Shown one piece after another: positions 30,656 through 39,806 of a DNA stretch of 64,000 nt. The DNA comes from Candidatus Nanosynbacter sp. (GTDB taxonomy: Bacteria > Patescibacteriota > Saccharimonadia > Saccharimonadales > Saccharimonadaceae), in the NCBI GenBank assembly GCA_015257665.1, contig JABZJS010000001.1, forward strand, positions 155,526-219,525. The letters run 5' to 3'. Numbering within the stretch: the first letter of the stretch is position 1; each line of letters begins with the position of its first letter. Under the pieces are notes generated by a model. The model worked only from the letters and a program-made list of their open reading frames with translations. It was not told the DNA's origin and searched no databases. Both the position numbers and the translations under genes were made by a program.

Positions 30656-31975
30656 CTACGTAAGCCGATCAAGCACCACCAAATGCTCACTATGCGGCGT
30701 GCGAGGGAAAAAGTTGTAGCCCCGGTGGTAGGCAATGCCGTAGTACGCGGCAAGAAGCGCTACGTCGCGCGCCTGAGTGACGGGGTTGCAACTAAGGTAG
30801 AGGATGCGCTGCGGCTGGGTGGCGAGGAGTTTGGTAATGACATCGGCGTGAAGGCCAGCGCGTGGTGGGTCCAGAATGATGAGCGCATCGCCAGTAATGT
30901 GTTCCAGCGCTTGCTCGCTGGGTGCGAGAATAGCCTTGGCTTGGCTCGTGCGGCCCAGCTGGCGGATGTTGCGCTGCATCTCACGCACCGCATTGGCGTT
31001 GATCTCCACCAGTGTGACGTTATCACTGCCGATCGTGAGGCCAATCGTCCCTACCCCGGCATAGAGGTCGAGCGTGGGCCGGGACGTGCTATCCTGCACC
31101 GGGACGAACCGCTGCATATCGCGCAGTGCTTGCTCATAGACCGGCAGATTAACTTGGAAGAACCCTTCGGTGGCGTAGCGAAACGGCACGCCAAGAATGG
31201 TATCCTGTAATACAGGATCGCCAAAGTATGCCAGGCGCTCGGTGATGCGACTGGCTGGCGAGCGGGGGTCGGAGTAGATAATCTCGCCGCCCTGGGCTGA
31301 CAAAGTGGCGGCTTCGTCTGGGCTGATAACATCGCCTAGGCGGTCTTTGGTGTAGAGCTGCCACACGCAGTGGCCGGCTTGGTCACAGCGGATGAGGAGG
31401 GTCTTGAGCTGGCGCGCTGTCACTTGCTTGGTGCGCAGCAGGTCGCGCACCTGCCGGGCGAGCTGGTTGATATCCGGCCGAGCTAAGCTCGTCCCGTCAA
31501 CGACAATTTTGCCCTTGCTCCCCCGCCGAAAGAACGCGAGGTCGAGCGTCTCGGTGCCATCCTCTGCCCTGTCGCTATACCAACTCAGCTCAACTTTATT
31601 GCGGTAGCCATAGGGTATACCATCGCAAAAAACGTCGATCGGCTCTGGCAGGACGATATTGTGCAGCTCAAAGGCTTCCTCGATCAGCGCTGCCTTATAA
31701 TGCTGTTCGCTGGCCAGTGGCATAATTTGCCATGGGCTGGTGCTGAGGTAGCTCTCGGGGTCGCGCGGAGTAATGCGTTCGGGCGAAGCAGCGAGCACCT
31801 CAGTCACCACTCCTTCGACGAAGTGCGATTTTTTCTTGGTGATGCGAATAGTGACGGTCTCGCCAGGTAACCCACCCCAGACGAAGGCCTTGCGGCCATC
31901 ATCAAGTGTGCCGAGAGCTTGCCCACCACCGACGATCTTTTCGAGCTGGATTGTTGCGAATGTTGGTTTTCTCAT
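30656..31975 (-). CDS. rlmD: 23S rRNA (uracil-C5)-methyltransferase RlmD/RumA family (TRAM + SAM-dependent MTase)
   Basis: 439 aa; N-terminal TRAM, FFQVN..., LDLYAGVGTIGL SAM motif, DPPRAGL. Confidence 0.8.
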   Translation of the reverse strand: MRKPTFATIQLEKIVGGGQALGTLDDGRKAFVWGGLPGETVTIRITKKKSHFVEGVVTEVLAASPERITPRDPESYLSTSPWQIMPLASEQHYKAALIEEAFELHNIVLPEPIDVFCDGIPYGYRNKVELSWYSDRAEDGTETLDLAFFRRGSKGKIVVDGTSLARPDINQLARQVRDLLRTKQVTARQLKTLLIRCDQAGHCVWQLYTKDRLGDVISPDEAATLSAQGGEIIYSDPRSPASRITERLAYFGDPVLQDTILGVPFRYATEGFFQVNLPVYEQALRDMQRFVPVQDSTSRPTLDLYAGVGTIGLTIGSDNVTLVEINANAVREMQRNIRQLGRTSQAKAILAPSEQALEHITGDALIILDPPRAGLHADVITKLLATQPQRILYLSCNPVTQARDVALLAAYYGIAYHRGYNFFPRTPHSEHLVVLDRLT

Positions 31976-32040
31976 TATAGTCTAGTATACCATGTGTCGC
32001 GAGGTGATGGCGGCGTCGATGGGTGTTGTGTGGAGCTTCT

Positions 32041-34395
32041 CTATTTGCCTTGCTGCCACTGCCAGGTGGTGACCATTGGGTGGTCGGTGTGGTGCTCGCG
32101 TGCGTGGGCGAGGCACTGCTCAATCGCTGCGTGGCAGTGCTCCGTGAGGCGCTGGGTGTCGTCTGGGGAGATAACGCCTGTTGCACTAAGGCAGGTTGCG
32201 GCGGCAATGGCAAGATCATAGCGGCTAGCCTGCTGGGTAATGAGGCTTGTCATGAGCGTGTCGCCATGTGGTGCCAGGCCGAAGCTGCGGATATCAAACT
32301 GCCGACCATCAACCCCATAAGCAAAGAGCGTTGCCGCGAGAGAGCGTTCTTCGCCCGGGTAGGCGATAATCACCGGCTTGGTCGTTGTGAGGGTACGGGC
32401 GAGCGTTCGCCGCGAGACAGGTTGAGCGAGCGTGCCAAAGCCACGTGGTGTGAGGCTCGAGATATTGACGCAGCGTACCCGGGCAGCCGGGCAAGCATGA
32501 GCGATGAGCTCAATAGCGGCCAATACTTCTGTAGTAGCAACATCGCCACACGCGGCTAGTACAATATCTGGACTGGTGTGGCTGGCGAAGTTCCACGTAG
32601 CAAGCCCCGCCTGCATCTGAGCTCGAGCCGCCTTGGTGGTGAGCCAGGTGGGCTGCGTGGTATCGCTGGCATGCAATATATTGATCACCTGCGTGCTCGA
32701 CAGCATCATATCGAGCGTCACCACCGCGCAGTTGCTATCGGCTGGGAAGTAGACCGTTGTGGGGGCGTCTCGCTGATCAAGCACATTGGTTATCTGCTCG
32801 GCACTCTGGTGCGAGAGGATGGTGTTGAGGCTCGGTAGCGGCGCGCTGCTTGGCTGGCTCGATAGAGCTGCGGTATACGAGCGACTTGCCGCGCTCATGT
32901 CCTCATGCAGGGACGCTCCAACGAAGACGCTTTGCCTCCCCTGCTCCAGATAGCCAAGCTGCATACCGCGTAGCGCGCCTGCTGCTGGGTAGCTCATCGT
33001 ATGGCTATCTGGTGCGTGTGGCGCTGTGCTGGGCTGACTGCCCCACTGCCAGGCTCGTGGGTTTGATGCAAAACGCTGAGCGAGCGTACCGCTCTGTAGC
33101 GACGGACTTATAAACAGCCGGAAACTATCTGGTACCGCGTCCTTGGCAAGATCGGTCAGGTACGAACCAACGCGAGAGAGCGTATTGCTGCGCTGCGTGC
33201 CAGGTGGCGTTGCGACGACTGCATAAGGCTCAATAGCCGGCCGGCGTAGTCGCGTGGCTGATAGGGCGGGCTGCGTAGCGGTGAGCTGAGCTGCACCTAA
33301 GGAGGGGTCATTATCGGCATGAGCTGCAGCCGTGTGCGGCAGAGCCTTCGTCTCGGCAAACGTGAGATTGCCTGCTGCGTCAAACAGATTCTCTGGCTCA
33401 CACCACGCAAGCACCTGAGCAAGCCATGCCTGCGTGCGTGCCTGGCTCGAGTCAGTGCCATCTGCTTTGCGGTGAGCAAGCGCTGCCTGTGCCCGGGCAA
33501 TGCTTGATGGCTGAACATCGCCGCTATCATGTTCGGCTGGAGCGAGTGAGTCCTCTTGTGTTTCGTGCTCAGCGAGTAACGTCTCAAGCTGTTCTGGAGT
33601 ACGCACAAGCAACAGTGGTCGACGGGCTTTGTGTGGGCGCGGTTGGGCTGGCTGGCGCAAAGCAGCAGTGCGCTCAGTTGCCCAGGCGAGCGCAGCAGTG
33701 TAGTCTGCGTCTGGCTGGCACGGGTTAGCTGTGGTACAGTCAACGATTCGCGGCTCATACCCATAGCCAATAAAAAGCGCAAGCAGCTCGTAGGTGGAAA
33801 GCGTAGCGAGCAGTGTCTTGGGCCGCAGCTGAATGATCGGGATAATCGTGCCGTCAGTCGCAGGGCTGAGGAGCTTCGCCAGGTGCCACGGGGTATCGTC
33901 TTGGGCGACTGCGCTATCGATCAAGCAGTAGATCACTTGCTCTGGCTGGCCAAGTGCCCTGCCGCTTGCCTGAGCGAGTGCACCACCAAGACGAGCGTCA
34001 CAGAGATGTATTGCGTCAGACAATGAAGTTTGCGGGTCGTGTGTTAACGTGCAAAGCGCATCAATCCCCGCTTGTGAGCGAGCAATATCGCAGCCAGGTT
34101 GCAACATATCATAGACGAGCGCATGAGCGCGTGCTGCCGCCCATCGCTCGCGATCGGTAATAATGAGCGGCGCTGCGCCACCCGACTGAGCATACTCCGC
34201 AATCTGAGCCAAGCTAAAGCTCAGCGCGAAGTCTGCCGCAAGCGCTGCCCGGAGCTCATCCGAGTCAAGCTGCTTTATATCGCTTGGCTGTAACGGCTGG
34301 CCAGCTGGCAGTGTGCGCCAGAGTGCACGCTGTGCTAGCACAGTATAATAGGCCGCTTGCCGGTAGCGCATCGTCATCCCACCATTCGTATCCAT
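32041..34395 (-). CDS. Divergent phosphoketolase-family homolog lacking canonical TPP/catalytic motifs (possible pseudoenzyme)
   Basis: Several blocks align with Xfp by eye: TDGTIIPIIQLRPKTLLATL...LFIGYGYEP, LGGALAQASG, NILHASDTTQPTWLT...AACGDVATTEVLAA, C-terminal FDIRSFGL. The expected GHWGT and GPGHGG positions are replaced (DELRAALA / TDRERWAA). Ala-rich, ~60 % GC. The N-terminus is uncertain; the six-frame ORF extends to 34524. Confidence 0.55.
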   Translation of the reverse strand: MDTNGGMTMRYRQAAYYTVLAQRALWRTLPAGQPLQPSDIKQLDSDELRAALAADFALSFSLAQIAEYAQSGGAAPLIITDRERWAAARAHALVYDMLQPGCDIARSQAGIDALCTLTHDPQTSLSDAIHLCDARLGGALAQASGRALGQPEQVIYCLIDSAVAQDDTPWHLAKLLSPATDGTIIPIIQLRPKTLLATLSTYELLALFIGYGYEPRIVDCTTANPCQPDADYTAALAWATERTAALRQPAQPRPHKARRPLLLVRTPEQLETLLAEHETQEDSLAPAEHDSGDVQPSSIARAQAALAHRKADGTDSSQARTQAWLAQVLAWCEPENLFDAAGNLTFAETKALPHTAAAHADNDPSLGAAQLTATQPALSATRLRRPAIEPYAVVATPPGTQRSNTLSRVGSYLTDLAKDAVPDSFRLFISPSLQSGTLAQRFASNPRAWQWGSQPSTAPHAPDSHTMSYPAAGALRGMQLGYLEQGRQSVFVGASLHEDMSAASRSYTAALSSQPSSAPLPSLNTILSHQSAEQITNVLDQRDAPTTVYFPADSNCAVVTLDMMLSSTQVINILHASDTTQPTWLTTKAARAQMQAGLATWNFASHTSPDIVLAACGDVATTEVLAAIELIAHACPAARVRCVNISSLTPRGFGTLAQPVSRRTLARTLTTTKPVIIAYPGEERSLAATLFAYGVDGRQFDIRSFGLAPHGDTLMTSLITQQASRYDLAIAAATCLSATGVISPDDTQRLTEHCHAAIEQCLAHAREHHTDHPMVTTWQWQQGK

Positions 34396-34491
34396 TGCCT
34401 CTAGTATACACGCTTGTGCTTGCTGACGGAATAGGCCGAGGCGAGATTGTGTGCGTTTACGACGCATAGGCTTGTTTGCTACACTAGCAGT

Positions 34492-35217
34492 ATGAAACGA
34501 CGTGTTGCTAGCCATGGCCAACATTTTTTGCGTAGCCCCCGCGTGGCGGCTATCTTACTGGGTCATAGTACCATCCGCCGGCGCGATACAGTTTATGACC
34601 TCGGGGCAGGTAGCGGCGTCATTACAAGCGCCTTAGCGCGGCGCTGCCAGCAGGTGGTAGCGGTCGAGAATGAGCCACGTGCGCTCGATGCTCTGCGCAG
34701 GCATACCGCAGCCGTGCCACATGTCCGCATCATCGCGGCTGATATTCGCCAGCTGACTCTTCCTGCTGAGCCATATAAAGTATTTGCCAATATCCCCTTT
34801 GCGCTCAGTGCCGATATCGTGCGGATGCTCACTACCGCCCCTGCCCCACCACAAGCGATCTATCTCATCGTCCAGCGCCAATTTGCGTACAAGCTCGTGC
34901 CGAGCGACCGCCACTTTACGGCGGCGCTGGGTGCCCAACTCGCCCCGTGGTGGCAGGCGCGGATCCGCTACCGCTTGCGCCGGACAGATTTCACACCACC
35001 ACCCGCCGTCGATACGGTATTGCTCGAGCTCTTGCCGCGCACCGAGCCCTGGCTACCCCGCAATCAGCAGGCAGCGTACAGCCAGTTTGTCGCGCAGCAC
35101 TACGCCGAGCCGCGGCGCTTCGCTGCCCTGCCGCGCGCCCAGCTTGGTATCAACCCTGAACGTAAGCCATCAGAACTTCAGCCTAGGCAGTGGGTGCAGC
35201 TCTATCAAATATCCTGA
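34492..35217 (+). CDS. rRNA adenine N6-methyltransferase, Erm/KsgA family (Erm-like)
   Basis: HGQHFL...DTVYDLGAGSGVIT...VVAVENE...KVFANIPFALSADIV...AIYLIVQRQFAYKLV. The pattern is closer to Erm (SIPYHLST / DIYLIVEEGFYKR) than to KsgA (NLPYNISTP). Confidence 0.7.
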   Translation: MKRRVASHGQHFLRSPRVAAILLGHSTIRRRDTVYDLGAGSGVITSALARRCQQVVAVENEPRALDALRRHTAAVPHVRIIAADIRQLTLPAEPYKVFANIPFALSADIVRMLTTAPAPPQAIYLIVQRQFAYKLVPSDRHFTAALGAQLAPWWQARIRYRLRRTDFTPPPAVDTVLLELLPRTEPWLPRNQQAAYSQFVAQHYAEPRRFAALPRAQLGINPERKPSELQPRQWVQLYQIS

Positions 35218-35233
35218 AGAATTTCGGTTACTG

Positions 35234-35581
35234 CTAGGCGAGCTCCTGATTATACGCGAGTGCTCGGTCAATCCAGTAGGATAACTCTCGTTGCCCTTCT
35301 GTATCGAGATCAATGTAGCCATGATAAAGCCGACCCTTCATCAATGTGACGCGAGCACCCTTTCTAGGTAAAACCTGTTTTTCCATTTCTTTGCCAATTC
35401 GCACCATGACAAGATCTTGACCTCGTGAACTGACCGTGACTGCCATCTTCCCACGGACCATAAAGGCTAAGCCGCCAAACATCTTCTTTTCTACTACTTC
35501 TTCCTCGAAGATATGAGGCGAAAGTGTATGTGCTAGAATGCTACGGATCTGTTGGGCTAAGGATTCGTTATATGTCATCAC
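35234..35581 (-). CDS. TfoX N-terminal domain protein
   Basis: 115 aa; KKMFGGLAFMVRGKMAV motif. Confidence 0.5.
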   Translation of the reverse strand: MMTYNESLAQQIRSILAHTLSPHIFEEEVVEKKMFGGLAFMVRGKMAVTVSSRGQDLVMVRIGKEMEKQVLPRKGARVTLMKGRLYHGYIDLDTEGQRELSYWIDRALAYNQELA

Positions 35582-35587
35582 TTGTCC

Positions 35588-36004
35588 TTACTTTAGCATC
35601 ACATCCCAGCCAATACCAAAACGGTCAATCACACGGCTATAAAACTCCGCAAAAGGTTGCTTCTCGAGAGTATAGAGAATTTGGCCTCCTTCTGCAAGCT
35701 GAGCAAAGAATTTATCCGCTTCTTCTCGACTATCTGGGTATATAACCAACCATTGGTTGGGCTGGTGGTTACGAGAAATAGACAGATTATTGAAGACACC
35801 AACATCCTCCCCATTGAGAGTCAGATTCTCAATATCCAAAGCAATCCAGGCAATTTTATTTCGCTTTTCTACTGGAAGACTCGCTGGATCCATCATATCA
35901 CTGGCTCGAGCAATCCCCTTTATCTCTGTCTGAAAAAGGTCTGCATAAAAGCGAAACGCCTCTTCAGCCTGACCATTAAAACTCAAAAATACTCCTAATT
36001 TCAT
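35588..36004 (-). CDS. VOC/glyoxalase-like (PhnB-like) protein
   Basis: 138 aa; overall glyoxalase/bleomycin-resistance-like pattern. Confidence 0.5.
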   Translation of the reverse strand: MKLGVFLSFNGQAEEAFRFYADLFQTEIKGIARASDMMDPASLPVEKRNKIAWIALDIENLTLNGEDVGVFNNLSISRNHQPNQWLVIYPDSREEADKFFAQLAEGGQILYTLEKQPFAEFYSRVIDRFGIGWDVMLK

Positions 36005-36059
36005 TGTTGTTCCTCCGATATTTACGTCTGAGAATGCATTCCTACCAGTAGTTTATCAA

Positions 36060-36863
36060 CTATGATAAAAAATTTCTTATTCTCAATTGCGCTTGTGTGG
36101 CAAGGGAGCGCATGACAAAAACCGGAAGATTAATTGTGATAGGTGGACCACTCGGCAAGGGCCTACGCATGAGGATTTTCTCCTGACGGGCGCTATCTCC
36201 TGTAAAAACGAGAGGCTCGTCACTCCCCCAGCGAAAGTTATGTTTCAAGACATAATTTTTAGTCAGGCGTAAATCCTCTAGTAATTCACAAGCCAAAAGA
36301 TAGTACTGGCCATTAGGCACATTAGCAAAAGTAAATCGCCTCTCCTGACTTAGCGCCACTCCAACAACTGGCGCTTCTTTTGGCATACGAGTCTTAAAAA
36401 GCCCGACACAGCTAATACGAGGCTCATAATCAGCAGGATAAAGAAGCTCTACTACCAGGCGGTTGCTACTTCGATAGTGAGGATCTTGATGTAAGAGTGT
36501 ACCTTTCTCTTCTAGCTGCTTGATCATACAATCATAAGCCTTGGTTGATTCTTGGTAATATCTTTTCGGCGATAGCCCTGTATGGCGCTTAAAGGTGTTA
36601 GAAAAGCTACCCAGACTATCATAACCAACTTCCAGAGACGTCTCAGTTACGTTTTGCCGACCTTCTATAATCTCCTGAATCCCTTTTTCTATCTTAAGAG
36701 CTTCTTGGTATTGTTTGATAGAAAAGCCCATCTTTTTCTTGAAGGTTCTGGACAGATGAGAAGGGCTATAATGGAAGTTCTGCGCCAGCTCTGCGAGGCC
36801 TACTTCTCTATCTGCACGCTGACGAATGTAGATCGCTACTGCTTCCATGGTCTCTCTGGCCAT
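36060..36863 (-). CDS. AraC-family transcriptional regulator
   Basis: N-terminal AraC HTH (HYSPSHLSRTFKKKMGFSIKQYQ) with a C-terminal effector domain. Confidence 0.8.
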   Translation of the reverse strand: MARETMEAVAIYIRQRADREVGLAELAQNFHYSPSHLSRTFKKKMGFSIKQYQEALKIEKGIQEIIEGRQNVTETSLEVGYDSLGSFSNTFKRHTGLSPKRYYQESTKAYDCMIKQLEEKGTLLHQDPHYRSSNRLVVELLYPADYEPRISCVGLFKTRMPKEAPVVGVALSQERRFTFANVPNGQYYLLACELLEDLRLTKNYVLKHNFRWGSDEPLVFTGDSARQEKILMRRPLPSGPPITINLPVFVMRSLATQAQLRIRNFLS

Positions 36864-36990
36864 AATAGTTCTCCTTCTCTCTTTCTGTGTCAGTATCCTG
36901 AAAAGAATTATTACACCAACTAACGTATCTACTCAATAAAGGCTATCATCGTGTACTTACACCACAAAGACGAAGAGATAGTGTGTCTTA

Positions 36991-38451
36991 TTAAAGTGGC
37001 TCGTACTGATAAAACCGATTGCTGTCATGTGCACGTGCATTAGTAATAATATGTGCTGGGCGCGTTAGGTCGCGGTGTTGCTGGCGGTAAGCGCGCGTTG
37101 CGGTAAAGACGGTTTGCTGCTCGGGCACAGTGGTAACAACGCGCAATCGGTCGTTATAGCGAGCAATCATTTCATACATTGGTCGCTCCGTCTCGGTCAC
37201 GGCAAGTGTCATAGGGCGATCGACGCGCACATTGTCACCCTGGAGTTGGTCGTTGAGAAGCTTGACGTCGCTCGAGTAGTGAGCAAGAACATCTGGATTA
37301 TAGCGATACGTCTCGGCATAGCGCCCAATACCAGTAAGGGTGAGCCCACCAATCAAGAGTGTCATAGGTAGTAGCCCAGCCACCCGGGCATATGGGTTGC
37401 GCGGAAACATCTGGTACCAGTGGTTAATCAGCCACGCCACGCCAAATGCAATGATGATCGCCACCACCGGAAAGAGCGAGGTCACCAGCTGTGGATTACT
37501 AATCACCACGCCCAGTAATGGCAGTCCCACCAGGAGCGCTGCATAGCTGCGTGCTGTATAGTAGTGGCTCAGGAGAGAGGTAAGACCAATCAGCATAATC
37601 AAAATCATACCGACTGAATATAATGGCTGCACAAGATACGATTTATTTGATGCAAAGAGCCCAAAGAGTGTGACGCCAAGGCGGCGAAGGTTTGCCCCCA
37701 CATTGATCGATTCGAGCGGCAAGCCAAAGAGCTGCTTGAGTACATCATGGTTAGTGATGCTTGCGTAGATAAGTGGCAGCATCGCCACGAGGCCAATGAC
37801 GGCTGCCAGAGCAAGGCGGCTGCGCTGTACGCGCAGGATTGTATAACGAGCATGCGGGTGAGATACCCCCAGAATTCCAAGGGCAATAACGACATAAATA
37901 CCAAGTGGCGCATACAGCAGGAGTGCCGCCAGTACACAGGCCGTCACTTTCCAGAGAGTGGAGAGAAACTTCTTCGTCCGAATGGCGCGCGTTGCAGCAT
38001 AGAGCAGCCATACAGTGAGGCAGCTAAAGAGTATAGCTGGCGTGCCATCTTGCGCCAAGAAAAGAAACTGCGCCGTCATCGTCACGAGGATCGTTGTAAT
38101 AAGTGCAATGTTCCGCGAAAACCAGGAGCGAAATAGAAGAAGTAGCCCAAGCGCTGTCATCAGGGCGATTACCATAGATGGTAGCTTCACCGACAGTGGT
38201 GTCACGCCGAGCCCTGCAAAGCTTAATTTTTGCAAGCCATGATACGGCGCATTGATAACCATAGCGGGAGTAAGATTTTGGAAAGATAATTGGCTGCTTT
38301 GCAGTGCGCTATCGAGCTCACCTTGCCGCAACTCACCAGGGATAAACAGCCCAGCCAGCACAACTGCCGCAATAATTGCTACCACTACAAAGCCATAGCC
38401 GAGGCCATACCGCCAGCGGTACAAATGGTAGTCGACAACTTGCTTTGCCAT
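36991..38451 (-). CDS. Polytopic membrane protein, possibly a GT-C-type glycosyltransferase
   Basis: 486 aa, more than 10 TM helices with a periplasmic C-terminal domain; no definitive motif. Confidence 0.45.
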   Translation of the reverse strand: MAKQVVDYHLYRWRYGLGYGFVVVAIIAAVVLAGLFIPGELRQGELDSALQSSQLSFQNLTPAMVINAPYHGLQKLSFAGLGVTPLSVKLPSMVIALMTALGLLLLFRSWFSRNIALITTILVTMTAQFLFLAQDGTPAILFSCLTVWLLYAATRAIRTKKFLSTLWKVTACVLAALLLYAPLGIYVVIALGILGVSHPHARYTILRVQRSRLALAAVIGLVAMLPLIYASITNHDVLKQLFGLPLESINVGANLRRLGVTLFGLFASNKSYLVQPLYSVGMILIMLIGLTSLLSHYYTARSYAALLVGLPLLGVVISNPQLVTSLFPVVAIIIAFGVAWLINHWYQMFPRNPYARVAGLLPMTLLIGGLTLTGIGRYAETYRYNPDVLAHYSSDVKLLNDQLQGDNVRVDRPMTLAVTETERPMYEMIARYNDRLRVVTTVPEQQTVFTATRAYRQQHRDLTRPAHIITNARAHDSNRFYQYEPL

Positions 38452-38499
38452 ATTGCCCTATTATACCCGAGTTTGCGGGGGTGCTCAAGAGCGAACCGC

Positions 38500-38994
38500 C
38501 TACCCTTTGCGTGTTCGCAGTAACACATACCACAGATAAAGCGAGCCAAGACCAGAGATAGCGAGGCCAAGAGCAGCACCGGCCGTCGTCTGGAGAAAAG
38601 TGTGTGGACCGAATCCATCTTGAACAAAATAGTGATGGTAGAGATGTACGGCAGCCAATGCGACAAAATAACCAAGGATGGCCACACATGCTACCGCTTG
38701 CTGACGGTACGGCGCAATCGCTGAACGCAGCGTGCGAATAATGACATAGACAGCTTGACTAGTAAGATTGATTGCATAAACAAACATAATGAACATGGTG
38801 ATATACACATGTGGCTCTGTCCTCTCAAAGCCGGTTGACGTGATGTAAATACCCATCGATTCAACAAAAGTGAGAAAAACGCCGATAAGGATAATCCCAC
38901 AGCAGGCAAGAATGGTAGCGAGCCGCTCGATGATTCTGCGCGGCGTGGCTTGAATCGTCTGAGCTGTTACGGTTGTTGTCTGAGATATGGCCAT
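38500..38994 (-). CDS. Membrane protein (4 TM)
   Basis: 164-aa hydrophobic ORF. Confidence 0.45.
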   Translation of the reverse strand: MAISQTTTVTAQTIQATPRRIIERLATILACCGIILIGVFLTFVESMGIYITSTGFERTEPHVYITMFIMFVYAINLTSQAVYVIIRTLRSAIAPYRQQAVACVAILGYFVALAAVHLYHHYFVQDGFGPHTFLQTTAGAALGLAISGLGSLYLWYVLLRTRKG

Positions 38995-39155
38995 AGGTAC
39001 CTTCTCCTTCGTCGTGCTAGAGTGTGTATGGCTATATTATAGCAGGTTTCTTGTTTTCATGGGTTGCCCGTCTATGTATAGGTAGTGAGATCAGTTTAGG
39101 TGGAAGGTTGTGGTGGAGCGCCTCGCGGTGTTAGCAGGCGCAGTGTAAAATCCCT

Positions 39156-39806
39156 CTACCCTCCAATCAGCCACACCCCGTGCCACTCCTCACGCACCGC
39201 GTCAACTAGCGCAGCGGCAAAATCTTCATAACTAATGCCATCAGTTAAGAAGGCCTGCTCGCGGTCGCCTGCAGGTAGTCTGCTGTATCGTCCTTGGCAT
39301 GGGCCGTCTGGTACATACCGAGGCGGCGGGATAAGGTATGACCATTGACACGACTGCTCATGCTGTTCTAGATAATCACGCAAATGCGCGTGACCGATTC
39401 CCCGTGGTAAGGTAACGGCTGGGAAGCCTGGCGTTTCCCAGAATCGTCGCCCATCGTCCATATGCAGAGCTCCTGCACCACCAACATGGACGACAAAGAG
39501 TTCTCGGCTTGCATCGCGCGCGGCAACAATAGACTGATGGAGCTCGACGAGTGCCGATGCAGCAATATCCTCTCGGAGGCGAATCGCATTGACCACCACG
39601 TCAACGCCCTCTAGCGCGGTCGACAAGCTTGTGTGGTCATCGATATCGACAACCCGAAGGGCATCAGCGCCATCCGGCAATGATCGTTGTCCTTCGACAT
39701 AACTTGCCTGACGCAATCCGGCGTACACCGTTGCGTTATCTGGCCGATGCTTACAGACAAGGCGGCCAGTCCGCCCCGTAGCCCCAAGAACAAGAATAGT
39801 TTTCAT
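39156..39806 (-). CDS. NAD(P)H-binding (NmrA/SDR-like) oxidoreductase
   Basis: N-terminal Rossmann MKTILVLGATGRTGRLV. Confidence 0.75.
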   Translation of the reverse strand: MKTILVLGATGRTGRLVCKHRPDNATVYAGLRQASYVEGQRSLPDGADALRVVDIDDHTSLSTALEGVDVVVNAIRLREDIAASALVELHQSIVAARDASRELFVVHVGGAGALHMDDGRRFWETPGFPAVTLPRGIGHAHLRDYLEQHEQSCQWSYLIPPPRYVPDGPCQGRYSRLPAGDREQAFLTDGISYEDFAAALVDAVREEWHGVWLIGG

